Assembly (NCBI GenBank): GCA_019828565.1
Contig: JAHDYR010000069.1
Coordinates: 186,001 to 250,000, forward strand
DNA from: Carpediemonas membranifera BICM
Taxonomy: Eukaryota > Protista > Fornicata
Length of the DNA: 64,000 nt
Reading direction: 5' to 3'
Below are positions 29,467 through 38,116 of this stretch, piece after piece (the stretch's first letter is position 1; the number at the start of each line of letters is the position of its first letter). A program made the position numbers and the translations under genes. The notes below the pieces were generated by a model, which saw only the letters and a program-made list of their open reading frames with translations, did no database searches and had not been told where the DNA came from.

Positions 29467-31184
29467 ATGAACCATTTCAACAGCTCTTCTGCCACTACAC
29501 CGATCTCCAGAACCCTGAAGCTTAACTTCGGCAACCTGGATTCCTCTATCGGCCATTCCAAAGTTTCTCTTGCAGATCTGGTTGTTGCTCCTCCCAACGT
29601 TGCCCGTAGAACACGCTTGACGAAGATCCTTGCCGTTTGCATCCATCAGTTCTTTCCCTCACACAGACTCTTGGCCCCGAAGTCACTGCCGCGAACGTTC
29701 GCCAACTCTTTGACGAAGGATGCGACCTCTTCAGGATCAACATGTCCCACATGAAGGAGCGTGACGCCCGCGTGACCAACATGGTCAACGTCATCCGCCA
29801 GGTCTCTGAGGAGGTCGGTGTGCACATCGGCATCCTCGTTGACCTTCAGGGCCCCAAGATCCGTTGCGGGTCCTTCGGCAACGGCCCCTACGTGCTCGAG
29901 CGGGAGCAGAGCTTCACCTTCGACATGGAGCTCGACACCCCCGGAGACCGGACCCGCGTGGGCCTGCCCCACCCTGAGATCTTCAAGGCCATCGAGGTCG
30001 GCCACAACATCCTCGTGAACGACGGCGCCATCGCCATGCGGGTCGACGCCGTGGACCGCGAAAACCTCGTCATCGAGACGACGGTCACCCAGGAAGGCGA
30101 GATCAGCAACCGCAAGGGCGTCAACGTCCCCGACACCCTCCTGCCGATGTCCGCGATGACAACGAAGGACCGTCGCGACCTTGCCTTCGCCCTCGAGCAC
30201 TCGCCCGACTGGGTCGCCCTGTCGTTTGTCCAGACGGCCAGCGACGTCCAGGAGTGCCAGGCTATGGTCCAGGGTAGGGCCCGCGTCATGGCAAAGATCG
30301 AGAAGCCCCAGGCGCTTGAGAACCTCGTCGAGATCGTCGAGGTGGCCAACGGCATCATGGTAGCCCGCGGTGACCTTGGCGTCGAGCTCAGTCTGTCCCA
30401 GGTGCCTGCCGCCCAGAAGCGGTGCATCAAGCTCGGCCAGCTGCACGGCAAGCCCGTTGTCGTCGCCACACAGATGCTCGAGTCCATGATCAGCCGGCCC
30501 GTCCCCACCAGGGCCGAGGTCAACGACGTCGCCTGTGCAGTTTATGACGGTGCCGACTGCCTCATGCTGTCCGCCGAGACGGCCATCGGCAAGTTCCCCC
30601 GCAAGGCTGTCCGCACGATGTCCGACTGCATCTGGGAGGTGCAGAAGGACCCCCTCTACCTCAAGTCAATCCATGCAATCCAGCCGGCTCGGGAGCACCT
30701 CGCCACCCCTGACGCTATTGCTGCTGCCACGCGTCTTACCGTGAAGGCTCTCGGCTCCTCCGTTATTGTCGTCTACACCCGCTCCGGCGGTGCGGCTCTC
30801 CGTATCTCCCGCGAGCGGCCATCCGCCCTCATTGTGGCGATGACACCCGTCCGGGAGACCGCCCGTGCCCTCTCGGCAGTCTGGGGCGTCCGCGCGGTCC
30901 ACCTTAAGGAGGACGCCAAGACTTTCCACGGCATGGTCTCCACCGCAAACTCTGTGGTCAACGGCCTCGAGGTCGCCTTCCCCGGCGATTCTGTCGTCGT
31001 CGTCTCCGGGTGGCCGTTCGGCGCTCAGGCGATTAACCTGATGCACGTGCTTTCCGTAACCGAGCCGGAGGTGTCCAACGATGGACATTGGACTTACAGA
31101 GTGCCCGGCACCCAGGCGTCCAGCGAGGATCTCGTGTCGCAGCTGCAGGATACGGTTATCAATGAGGAGAACGACGAGGAATAG
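29467..31184 (+). CDS. pyk: Pyruvate kinase, bacterial-like, with N-terminal extension (exons 29467-29634, 29667-31184)
   Basis: Splicing gives RLTKILA-TLGP. Also FRINMSH, DLQGPKIR, KIEK, MVARGDLG, ATQMLESM and MLSAETA. Confidence 0.95.
29635..29666 (+). other. Spliceosomal intron, 32 nt
   Basis: GTTTGC...CTCACACAG; restores the conserved TKILATLGP motif. Confidence 0.92.
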
Positions 31185-31320
31185 AGTTTTTGGTCGGTTT
31201 TATAAACGGGTTTGTTGATCATTTTCACACTTTCACTTTCAAAGATCGATTAGTTAAACCTCGAGCAACTTGTCCGACGCACTTGATGACACCAGAGATA
31301 TAAGCCAACAAGCCATTTCC

Positions 31321-33000
31321 TCAATGGTCATGAAAAAGCATCCCAGGTGTCATCGGCTCTCCCCTCGGCGTCCCAAAGACCATGGACGCTCCCGGGGTGA
31401 CTTGTCCTGGCTGGCTCGGCTGACTCCCCAGGCTGGTCTGGGTCGGTCCAGGCGTGCCCATGTCTAGTGCCCGCCGAGTTCCAGTACTCCGTCGACCGGG
31501 GGGTAGCACGCGTCTGACACTCATCGGCCCGCTAAGAGAGGAGGGCATGGGCAGAGGGGCGCGTCGGTTGAGTGGCGGGGAGGAAAAAATGTCTGACAGG
31601 AAGGGGCCGGGGGCGTGGGTCGGGGTGGCTGCGATATGCCGGAAATTGCCGGAGCCAAGTGCACTGCGAATCGCCGGAACGGGTCGGCTCGTGATAAATT
31701 TGTCAGAAGCACAGATTGACTCGACAACTTTGGGGTAAAACCGCCAGTACCGCAGGCGGTTGTCATCGGACAGTGTATAAAATGAGTTTGGCATCGTCGG
31801 ATGTAACGTGACAGTCGATGTCTCCTGCGCGGGTTGGCTGAACAACAAGTGTGGCGCGTCAGCATTACTGGTCCCCAACTCCCATAAACTCGGGTCAGAC
31901 CCGGATCTAGCCCTAGATATGAGATCATCAATGTCCCGCCACATGACAATGGAGCCCGTATGGTGGCCGTGGAGCAGCTCGCCGGCCCGAGTCCAGGTCG
32001 GTCGGATGTGGAAGCTGGCGCTCGATGCCATCTCTGGTGGATCATCGATCGATAGCTTGAGCTTCTCAGGGTCTTTCTTACCGAAGTCCTGGGTTCTAAG
32101 TACATAAACTGCGCGTTTGCAGTCTTTGACTGCGAGTTTCGTATAATCATCCGAGAACTGCATGTGAGTCAATGCGCTCCCCCCGAAATCCACTGTATGC
32201 AGCGGCTTACCTGCGTGCTGCCGCCCCTTCCTCAGGTCCCACAGCGACATGGCCGTCCCTCCAACAGTTAATATAGTATACGTGCTCGCCAGTCTCGCCG
32301 GGCACCAGCGGGCTGAGGCGAGCCTGTCGCCGCCGTGGGGTTTCACTCTTCGGGCAGGGATCTCGGCGGCTATGGCGTGTCTGGCGAACGGGAACGAGGG
32401 CTGGCGGAAGTCGTAGACGTAGACTGCGCCCTTGCTGCTCGCCATGACGATCTCTGGGCTCTCGGGTGAGAACGAGACCGTTTGGACCCCCGTAAGGTCA
32501 CGGGACAGCTCCTTCTCTCCGGGCGGGGTGAGCATGACGTCGGTAGCACTGTTCCGCTTGGCTAGAGCTGCCAGCGACCCGTCAGGCCGCAGACGAAAAG
32601 GAGTAACAGTCGATGTGCTCGAATCAGCAAAGACAATCGTGTCATCGCCACTCCAATCGAGGTCCAAGATCGCTCCAGTGCCTACAATACGGTCAGAGAT
32701 CTCGATGAGCTCGCCGGTCTCCTTGCTTACGACGTTGGCGTCGAAGAGCTTGACCGACCAATCGAACCCGCTGATCGCAAACTTGAACTTGTTTCGGTCG
32801 GTACGGCAGAATTTCATCTGTGTTGGTGGTTGCCGGTCGTTGTCGGACAAGAATGAACGCATGGTTAGGCAATCTACTCGTGCATCAGTTACTTTCCCTA
32901 TTTCACGAAGAAAAGCTGGCCATGACAATCGTTGTCGTGGTGGAATACACTCCATGGGGCATGGAATCCTTCCAACCCCGTGGCATTGCGACCACATCAC
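31321..33000 (-). CDS. CDT2: WD40 protein, CDT2/DTL-like CRL4 substrate receptor
   Basis: AILDLDW, VQTVSFSP, VYVYDFR, SASFHIR and TLSDDNRLRYWR follow CDT2 blade motifs, followed by a Pro/Ser-rich tail. The start codon is uncertain. Confidence 0.65.
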   Translation of the reverse strand: MMWSQCHGVGRIPCPMECIPPRQRLSWPAFLREIGKVTDARVDCLTMRSFLSDNDRQPPTQMKFCRTDRNKFKFAISGFDWSVKLFDANVVSKETGELIEISDRIVGTGAILDLDWSGDDTIVFADSSTSTVTPFRLRPDGSLAALAKRNSATDVMLTPPGEKELSRDLTGVQTVSFSPESPEIVMASSKGAVYVYDFRQPSFPFARHAIAAEIPARRVKPHGGDRLASARWCPARLASTYTILTVGGTAMSLWDLRKGRQHAGKPLHTVDFGGSALTHMQFSDDYTKLAVKDCKRAVYVLRTQDFGKKDPEKLKLSIDDPPEMASSASFHIRPTWTRAGELLHGHHTGSIVMWRDIDDLISRARSGSDPSLWELGTSNADAPHLLFSQPAQETSTVTLHPTMPNSFYTLSDDNRLRYWRFYPKVVESICASDKFITSRPVPAIRSALGSGNFRHIAATPTHAPGPFLSDIFSSPPLNRRAPLPMPSSLSGPMSVRRVLPPGRRSTGTRRALDMGTPGPTQTSLGSQPSQPGQVTPGASMVFGTPRGEPMTPGMLFHDH

Positions 33001-33004
33001 TAAT

Positions 33005-33118
33005 TATTGCGCAGTTTAAGATATGTTAAAATGTGCTTTTGAAGGGTCAAACAATGTGTTTATACTGCGCAACACTGCCATGTCTCCCTCCTACTCACGT
33101 CTTAAGTCGGTAGGGAGA
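33005..33118 (+). ncRNA. Putative second (upstream) omegaRNA-like scaffold, or element left end
   Basis: TTGCGCAGT (33007-33015) pairs with ACTGCGCAA (33064-33072) and the stem extends inward. A second hairpin TCTCCC..CTAC/GTAGGGAGA spans 33083-33118. Homologous to the unit after the Fanzor stop. Confidence 0.45.
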
Positions 33119-33277
33119 TCGTCTTCTCCAGGGCTTCCACAAAGCGTCTTCTTCGTGGACGTCAGCACAGCTGCAAAGATCGCTCGCTCACACGTCGTCT
33201 CATTGTCTTCTATTCCACATTAAATTCACTTCTACACTTGTATAGGCTGGTAATGGTGTTCATCGTCGGCTCTATAT

Positions 33278-34574
33278 GTGTGCGTCTGGGCAACTGCAGA
33301 CGGAGTGGAGACGTTGAGTGGCCTCATCAGCCACTTCAACGGGGAGTACTCGATGTCGCTCCGCCAGCCTCGCCTCGTGCCGATCGTGCCCATGGCCCCC
33401 GTCCGACCGGGCTTCATGGCCTACGGTGACACGATGGGCCTACTGAACGAGAACTTCTGTCATCGTGTGGGAATTAATCCCACACTCCCACACGCCACCA
33501 AACCGTTGACAGAAGAGCAGGAGGAACCATACCAGAACAACCCCAGGTCAATGGGCCGTCTGCTCAGCCTGAGCACCGATGGGGTCTGTGTGGCGGTGAC
33601 GATTAAGAGAGGCTTCGGCCACTATCGGCCACAACATGATGCGAGCATGCCTGTTCGAAAGCGAGCGAAATGGCGGGAGAAAGAGCGCCCCCGACTCGGG
33701 ACCAATAATGCCGAGGCTCCGCCCGCGCCGGATCCTGATGCCCACCTCATGGGGTTCGACCCGGGCGCGAGGTCCATCGGAGGGTATTACATCAGGCACC
33801 CCGATGGCACCACCAGCTCCGGCGTCCTTCCAAAGTGCGGATACACTAAGACGCCAAGTTTCGGCTTTGATATGACGGCCGCGTCGTTCAAGAGCACAAG
33901 ACTAGTGAGTATCAACAACTCTATTAGACAACTCTATTTGTGCTGGACAACGCGAACGACATTTTCGAGGCTGGAATGCGTAAGTCTTTCCGCCGAGTGC
34001 GCTTTGCGAACCACATCCTTCGCCAGAAGCACTTCGCCCGCTGCGGCCAACAGTTGGCTCGGGAGTTCGGTTGGCGTGGCCACCATCCCATCGCCACCCC
34101 CATTCGCCTGAAAGTCTTCTACGGGAGCTCGGGATTCACCACGCCTGCTGGTATGTTCATTCCTTGCGCGCCATATCGAAAGTTCGCGAGAGAGATAGTA
34201 CCCCTTCTCAAGGGTATAACATTGTCGTCGATCTTAACATGGTAGACGAGGATCGCACCACCGTCGTCTGCCCTCACAGCCACGCCCCCTACAAGCGAGT
34301 TCGTCCGCGTGATGACCAGCACGTTCACCCACATCGTGTGATGCTCTGCGAAAATCCACAGTGCCGTGGTGCTCAGTGGCGCGCAACAGTTCCTGATGCT
34401 CTGAATGTTGATCATCGGGACAAGAGTGCTGCAGAGAACATCCTGTGGCGTTCTCTTGCCACGGAAGATGAGCTCAGTGGCTCTCCGTTCAGTCGCACAT
34501 CGATCCCACGTCTTCAAACTTCATTCCAGTATCATCAATTGGCTAACCGCCAACATTCGTCTACGGACGGATGA
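33278..34574 (+). pseudogene. Fanzor1-type (TnpB-like) RuvC endonuclease, two frameshifts, apparently 5'-truncated
   Basis: Frame 2 has LSTDGVCVAV and MGFDPGAR (RuvC-I D at 33758). Frame 1 has RRVRFANHILRQKH and VFYGSSGF..P.APYRKF. Frame 3 has VDEDRTTVVCPH (RuvC-II E at 34248), LCENPQC and HRDKSAAENIL (RuvC-III D at 34419). Confidence 0.85.
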
Positions 34575-34710
34575 TGTTGTGCAGTTTGGAACTTTGATCG
34601 TTCCTTTCAGGCCCTGTCTGGGAGGTTCGAAAAAGTTTATACTGCGCAACATAAAAACCTGGGCAATACGGCCATGTATCCCGTCCTCTCTTCTCAAGTC
34701 GGCTGGGTGT
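34574..34710 (+). ncRNA. Putative Fanzor omegaRNA scaffold
   Basis: Begins at the ORF stop. 79-nt hairpin: ATGTTGTGCAGT (34574-85) pairs with ACTGCGCAACAT (34641-52), AACTTT with AAAGTT, and CCTTTCAG (34603-10) with CTGGGAGG (34618-25). A weaker second hairpin spans about 34678-34709. Confidence 0.6.
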
Positions 34711-35459
34711 CTGCTAGACTCAAAAGTAGAATCTACCAACATCGGCAAGATGGCTCAGGGCCAGACCCATGTCGGTATCCCCCCCAGCCCGAAGCTCTGG
34801 ATCCTGTGGTAAACGGCCTGTATGCTGAGTACGATGGTTAGCGAGTGAGTGGTGCTGGTGTGGGATGGCACGCGTTGAGGCTGTTGTTGTTGGATGGCAT
34901 TGGGCAATGAAGAAGGCGACAGTATGCCCAGTTTGGCAGGGCAGATGCTGTCAGATAATCAGCTATTGCGGGAATTGCACGCGTTCACATGGCACTACTG
35001 CGGCTACCAAATGAGTGCAAAAGTGCAGAATAAGGGCACACCATCGATTTTGCAGCGATAGAAGCCCCAAGGCATGAGCGAGAACTTTACATTTGAAATT
35101 CGAATGACTCCAGATGAGTATGAGCAGATGATGCGCATTTTGAATCGCACTAACCCCGAATATGCCGAGAACACCTCGAACGCCGACGACGGGAGGTATT
35201 TGAAGCGCGGAAGTGGAACTCTTAGCCACAGCAGGAATCAATCGAGTCATCAGGACGAGCTTAGCCCTTATCTGAACTCCAGCGTCCCTTACCAAGGCTC
35301 TCCGTCGAGCTTTTCTCGTTAGACACGGCTCACACCACAAAGCCCAAGATCAGCAGCAAGCACGGTCTTTTGACCCACTTTTCTGTACAACAATTCCTTT
35401 ATATTCGCTAAACAGCTTCCTCCTCTGTCCTTGTGTGAGGTTGTTGAGATCTTTTCCTC

Positions 35460-35867
35460 GTCTGGGCGATTTATAAGGCGCAGCTGTCGGCCACGCGCAA
35501 GACTTTTCTTATTGTGAGAAAAGGTCTTTTCCTGCTGTCGAAGATGGTCCTGTTCGACTTCGCCTTGCTGCTGCGTCTCTTCGCCTTCTCGTACAGGCCG
35601 GTCACTGGCAAGCATATGTGGGATCTAGTGTATCCCGCGATCTTTTACACAATCCCAGACACGATGACGATCATTGGTCTCCTCATCAACTTCAAGGACG
35701 CCCCCGGCAAGAGCAGGCGCGGCCGGCCGCCTAAGGCCAGACCGGTCGAGCGCGAGTGGGATAGGAGTCGGCCTCATCGCTCGCCAGCACAGCTGCATGG
35801 CATCGCGGAGGCTGCGTATCCCGAGAGCGAGCTTGAGCTTGACCTCGAACCAGGGCTCTCGGACTGA
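35460..35867 (+). pseudogene. Duplicated 3' fragment of the multi-pass membrane protein gene at 42417-43523
   Basis: Identical C-terminal translation (..RKGLFLLSKM..LEPGLSD); the 5' two thirds are absent. Confidence 0.9.
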
Positions 35868-35995
35868 GCGGTAAAGTAGGGCTGTAGATGCTGGCCATGG
35901 TTTCGCTTCATCTGGTTTGGAGGACGATACATGGCCCGGCATAAACTGTAAATCACGAGCTTGGACAAACAGAACAGAATTTCCCAAAAATCACG

Positions 35996-37267
35996 ATGAC
36001 GAAACAGAAGATCTCCGTTTCGGTGCGCTTTAGACCGCTGCTTCCCACCGAAGCGAAGCATAAGACGGTTGAAGGCGTTCCCGATTCGGAAGATCGCCCA
36101 GCGGACAGCTTCTCGCTCTCCACCGGCAAGAAGCTCTCCGTTGGCCCCTTCGAGAGGGTCTTTACCAGACACGATCGGAACGGCGCCGTGTACCGCGAGA
36201 TCGTGCAGCCCCTTGTCTCTGGCGTCCTCAACCTGCAGATCTCCACCGCAGCCTTCTTCGCCTACGGCCAGACGTCCGCGGGCAAGACGCACACGATGCT
36301 CGGCTACGGCCCAGAGCGCGGCATGTACGATTTTGCAGCCCAAGACGTTCTCACGTTCATTGAGCCGCACCCAGACCTCAGCCTTCAGATCCGGTTCATT
36401 GAACTGTACAACGGAAAGGCCTTCGACCTCAACAACAACCACATGGAGTGCTTCGTTCGGACGAACGCGGAGGGCGAGATCGACATTCGCGCCAACACCG
36501 AAGTTGACCCCGAAACCAAGCAGGTCAAGGTCAATCGACTCAAGACAGTCACCGCGAGGACGATGGAGGACGTGCATGCCATCATGAGGAACGGCATCAA
36601 GCAGCGCGCCGTGGGCTGCTCCACGAGACACAACCAATCGTCCAGATCCCACGCAGTCTTGGAACTTGAGATTGTATCCCAAGATCTGATCGCTCTCCGC
36701 GACGAAATCACGCAGAAGGAAGCCGAGCTCGTCCCGGTGGGCAACAAACGCGACTCGTACGTCATCGACAACGCCTCCAAGCTCTATCGCCAGGACGAGA
36801 TCGGCCGCTGGATCAAGAACGACGACCCTGAGATGGACGCGATCATGGCCGCCAACGACGCCGAGGTGGCCCACTTCCAGGCCCGCGTGGACGCAGCAGT
36901 GGCCGCTGAGAAGGGGTACATGGCGTCCCACGGGCAGGGTCTGCTCGGCCGGCGCATCATCCTCGTGGACCTCGCGGGGGCTGACACGGAGCTGAGGACG
37001 GGCAAGATGGACCCCGCCGAGCAGAAGGAGAGCCGCGAGATCAACAAGTCGCTGCTTGCGCTGAAGGAGTGCTTCAGGGCACTCGCCTCGGGCGCCTCAC
37101 ACGTGCCTTACCGCAACTCCATGTTGACCCACACGCTGAAGCGGTTCCTGGGCGATGACCGCGTCAGGGTGGGCATGCTGGCCAACGCGTCGCCCAGCGC
37201 TGAGCATGCGGCGATGACGGTGAACACCATGCGGTATGCCAACCTCGTGGCGACTTCAGTCAAGTAG
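35996..37267 (+). CDS. Kinesin motor protein (motor-only, kinesin-13-like, large loop insertion)
   Basis: VSVRFRP, FAYGQTSAGKTHTM, FIELYN, NQSSRSHA, LVDLAG, EINKSLLALKEC and HVPYRNS.LT. Confidence 0.93.
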   Translation: MTKQKISVSVRFRPLLPTEAKHKTVEGVPDSEDRPADSFSLSTGKKLSVGPFERVFTRHDRNGAVYREIVQPLVSGVLNLQISTAAFFAYGQTSAGKTHTMLGYGPERGMYDFAAQDVLTFIEPHPDLSLQIRFIELYNGKAFDLNNNHMECFVRTNAEGEIDIRANTEVDPETKQVKVNRLKTVTARTMEDVHAIMRNGIKQRAVGCSTRHNQSSRSHAVLELEIVSQDLIALRDEITQKEAELVPVGNKRDSYVIDNASKLYRQDEIGRWIKNDDPEMDAIMAANDAEVAHFQARVDAAVAAEKGYMASHGQGLLGRRIILVDLAGADTELRTGKMDPAEQKESREINKSLLALKECFRALASGASHVPYRNSMLTHTLKRFLGDDRVRVGMLANASPSAEHAAMTVNTMRYANLVATSVK

Positions 37268-37428
37268 TGCAGTTTAAAGTGCAGCAGTTTGCTTCAACAG
37301 ATCCTAATTGATCAAGATTCGATCAAATCGATCATAAAGATGTCCAACCACAACTTCCTAACGAAAGACTCGCGAAGACCAAGACACCCATGAGGCACAC
37401 GTAGCCTATTATTCTCTACTCCCGCGTC

Positions 37429-38007
37429 CTAGAACCCATCGGCCTCCTGCACGTCGTCCTCCTCTTGCTCGTGGTCGGATCCGCCCTCAGAGCCCTCTGC
37501 TGCGAGCATAGGGACCTTTGAATCATCCCCAGTCACTGTAGGGTATGCTCCAGCCTGTTCTGGGGGCCGCTGGGCTGGGGTGAGAGTGGTTACGAGTGTG
37601 GGGATGAGGTCGGAGAGAGAGGTGATGGTGATGAGGGATATTACTTCAACGAGGAAAGCAGGCAGGATGAGAAAGATGAGATGCTGCCAGAAGGCGTTGT
37701 AATCGAGATTTCTGGTGGGTGATAAGTAGAGATAGGCGACTGCGATGATGTGCAGAATGCTGCAGACGAGGGGGGGTACAGGATGGAAGGAGGTCACCAG
37801 GAACATGGTCAGCAGGAGTTCCAGTATTACTAAGATAAGCGATGTGGAAACGGCTATGATTGAAGACACCTCGTTGGAGGCGTTTGCGATCAAGCGCTCG
37901 AGATTGGCGAAAAGAAGAAGCAAATGAGCGGCAATAGCGACAAATCTCGCACCCATTAGCCGCTTTTGGCGTGTAGAGTTCGGTTCAAGCTTCATTGGCC
38001 ACGCCAT
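37429..38007 (-). CDS. TMEM107: TMEM107-like ciliary transition-zone membrane protein
   Basis: Four hydrophobic helices; ARF.AI.AHL, ILEL..F.V..F, SILH and FW..LIF.ILPA..VE match the TMEM107 pattern. Confidence 0.65.
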   Translation of the reverse strand: MAWPMKLEPNSTRQKRLMGARFVAIAAHLLLLFANLERLIANASNEVSSIIAVSTSLILVILELLLTMFLVTSFHPVPPLVCSILHIIAVAYLYLSPTRNLDYNAFWQHLIFLILPAFLVEVISLITITSLSDLIPTLVTTLTPAQRPPEQAGAYPTVTGDDSKVPMLAAEGSEGGSDHEQEEDDVQEADGF

Positions 38008-38116
38008 ACTGTTTCCTTCAGTCAGAAATCTCCATGTCTTTCCATTTATGACTCATGTAAAGGATGTGTAACTCTAAACTGCACTACCAACGCCGATTCA
38101 TTTACCACTACTGCGC

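Larger units (their letters stand above)
33005..34710 (+). mobile_element. Fanzor-carrying element remnant bounded by two diverged direct-repeat hairpin units
   Basis: A Fanzor ORF lies between two copies of the exact 17-mer GTTTATACTGCGCAACA (33058-33074, 34635-34651). Each copy has an upstream complementary arm and a shared downstream GCCATGT..TCCC..AAGTCGG..GGG block. No transposase is seen. Confidence 0.7.
35460..37285 (+). repeat. Inverted segmental duplication, copy A (1826 nt)
   Basis: Reverse complement of 41000-42824. I see three substitutions (35874, 36004, 36625) and one 1-nt indel. Confidence 0.97.

Noticed and set aside
33005-33074. TTGCGCAGT and CTGCGCAA resemble the U4/U6 snRNA stem II sequences
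   Set aside because: No U6 ACAGAGA box or other snRNA context. The two motifs are arms of one local hairpin that is repeated next to the Fanzor ORF.
33058-34651. 17-nt direct repeat as a CRISPR array or target-site duplication
   Set aside because: Only two copies, 1.58 kb apart, each embedded in a longer homologous hairpin unit.
35774-36931. Long antisense or alternate-frame ORFs (also 46705-47697, 26351-27283, 29646-30446, 22828-23583)
   Set aside because: Shadows of GC3-rich real genes, with no motifs of their own.
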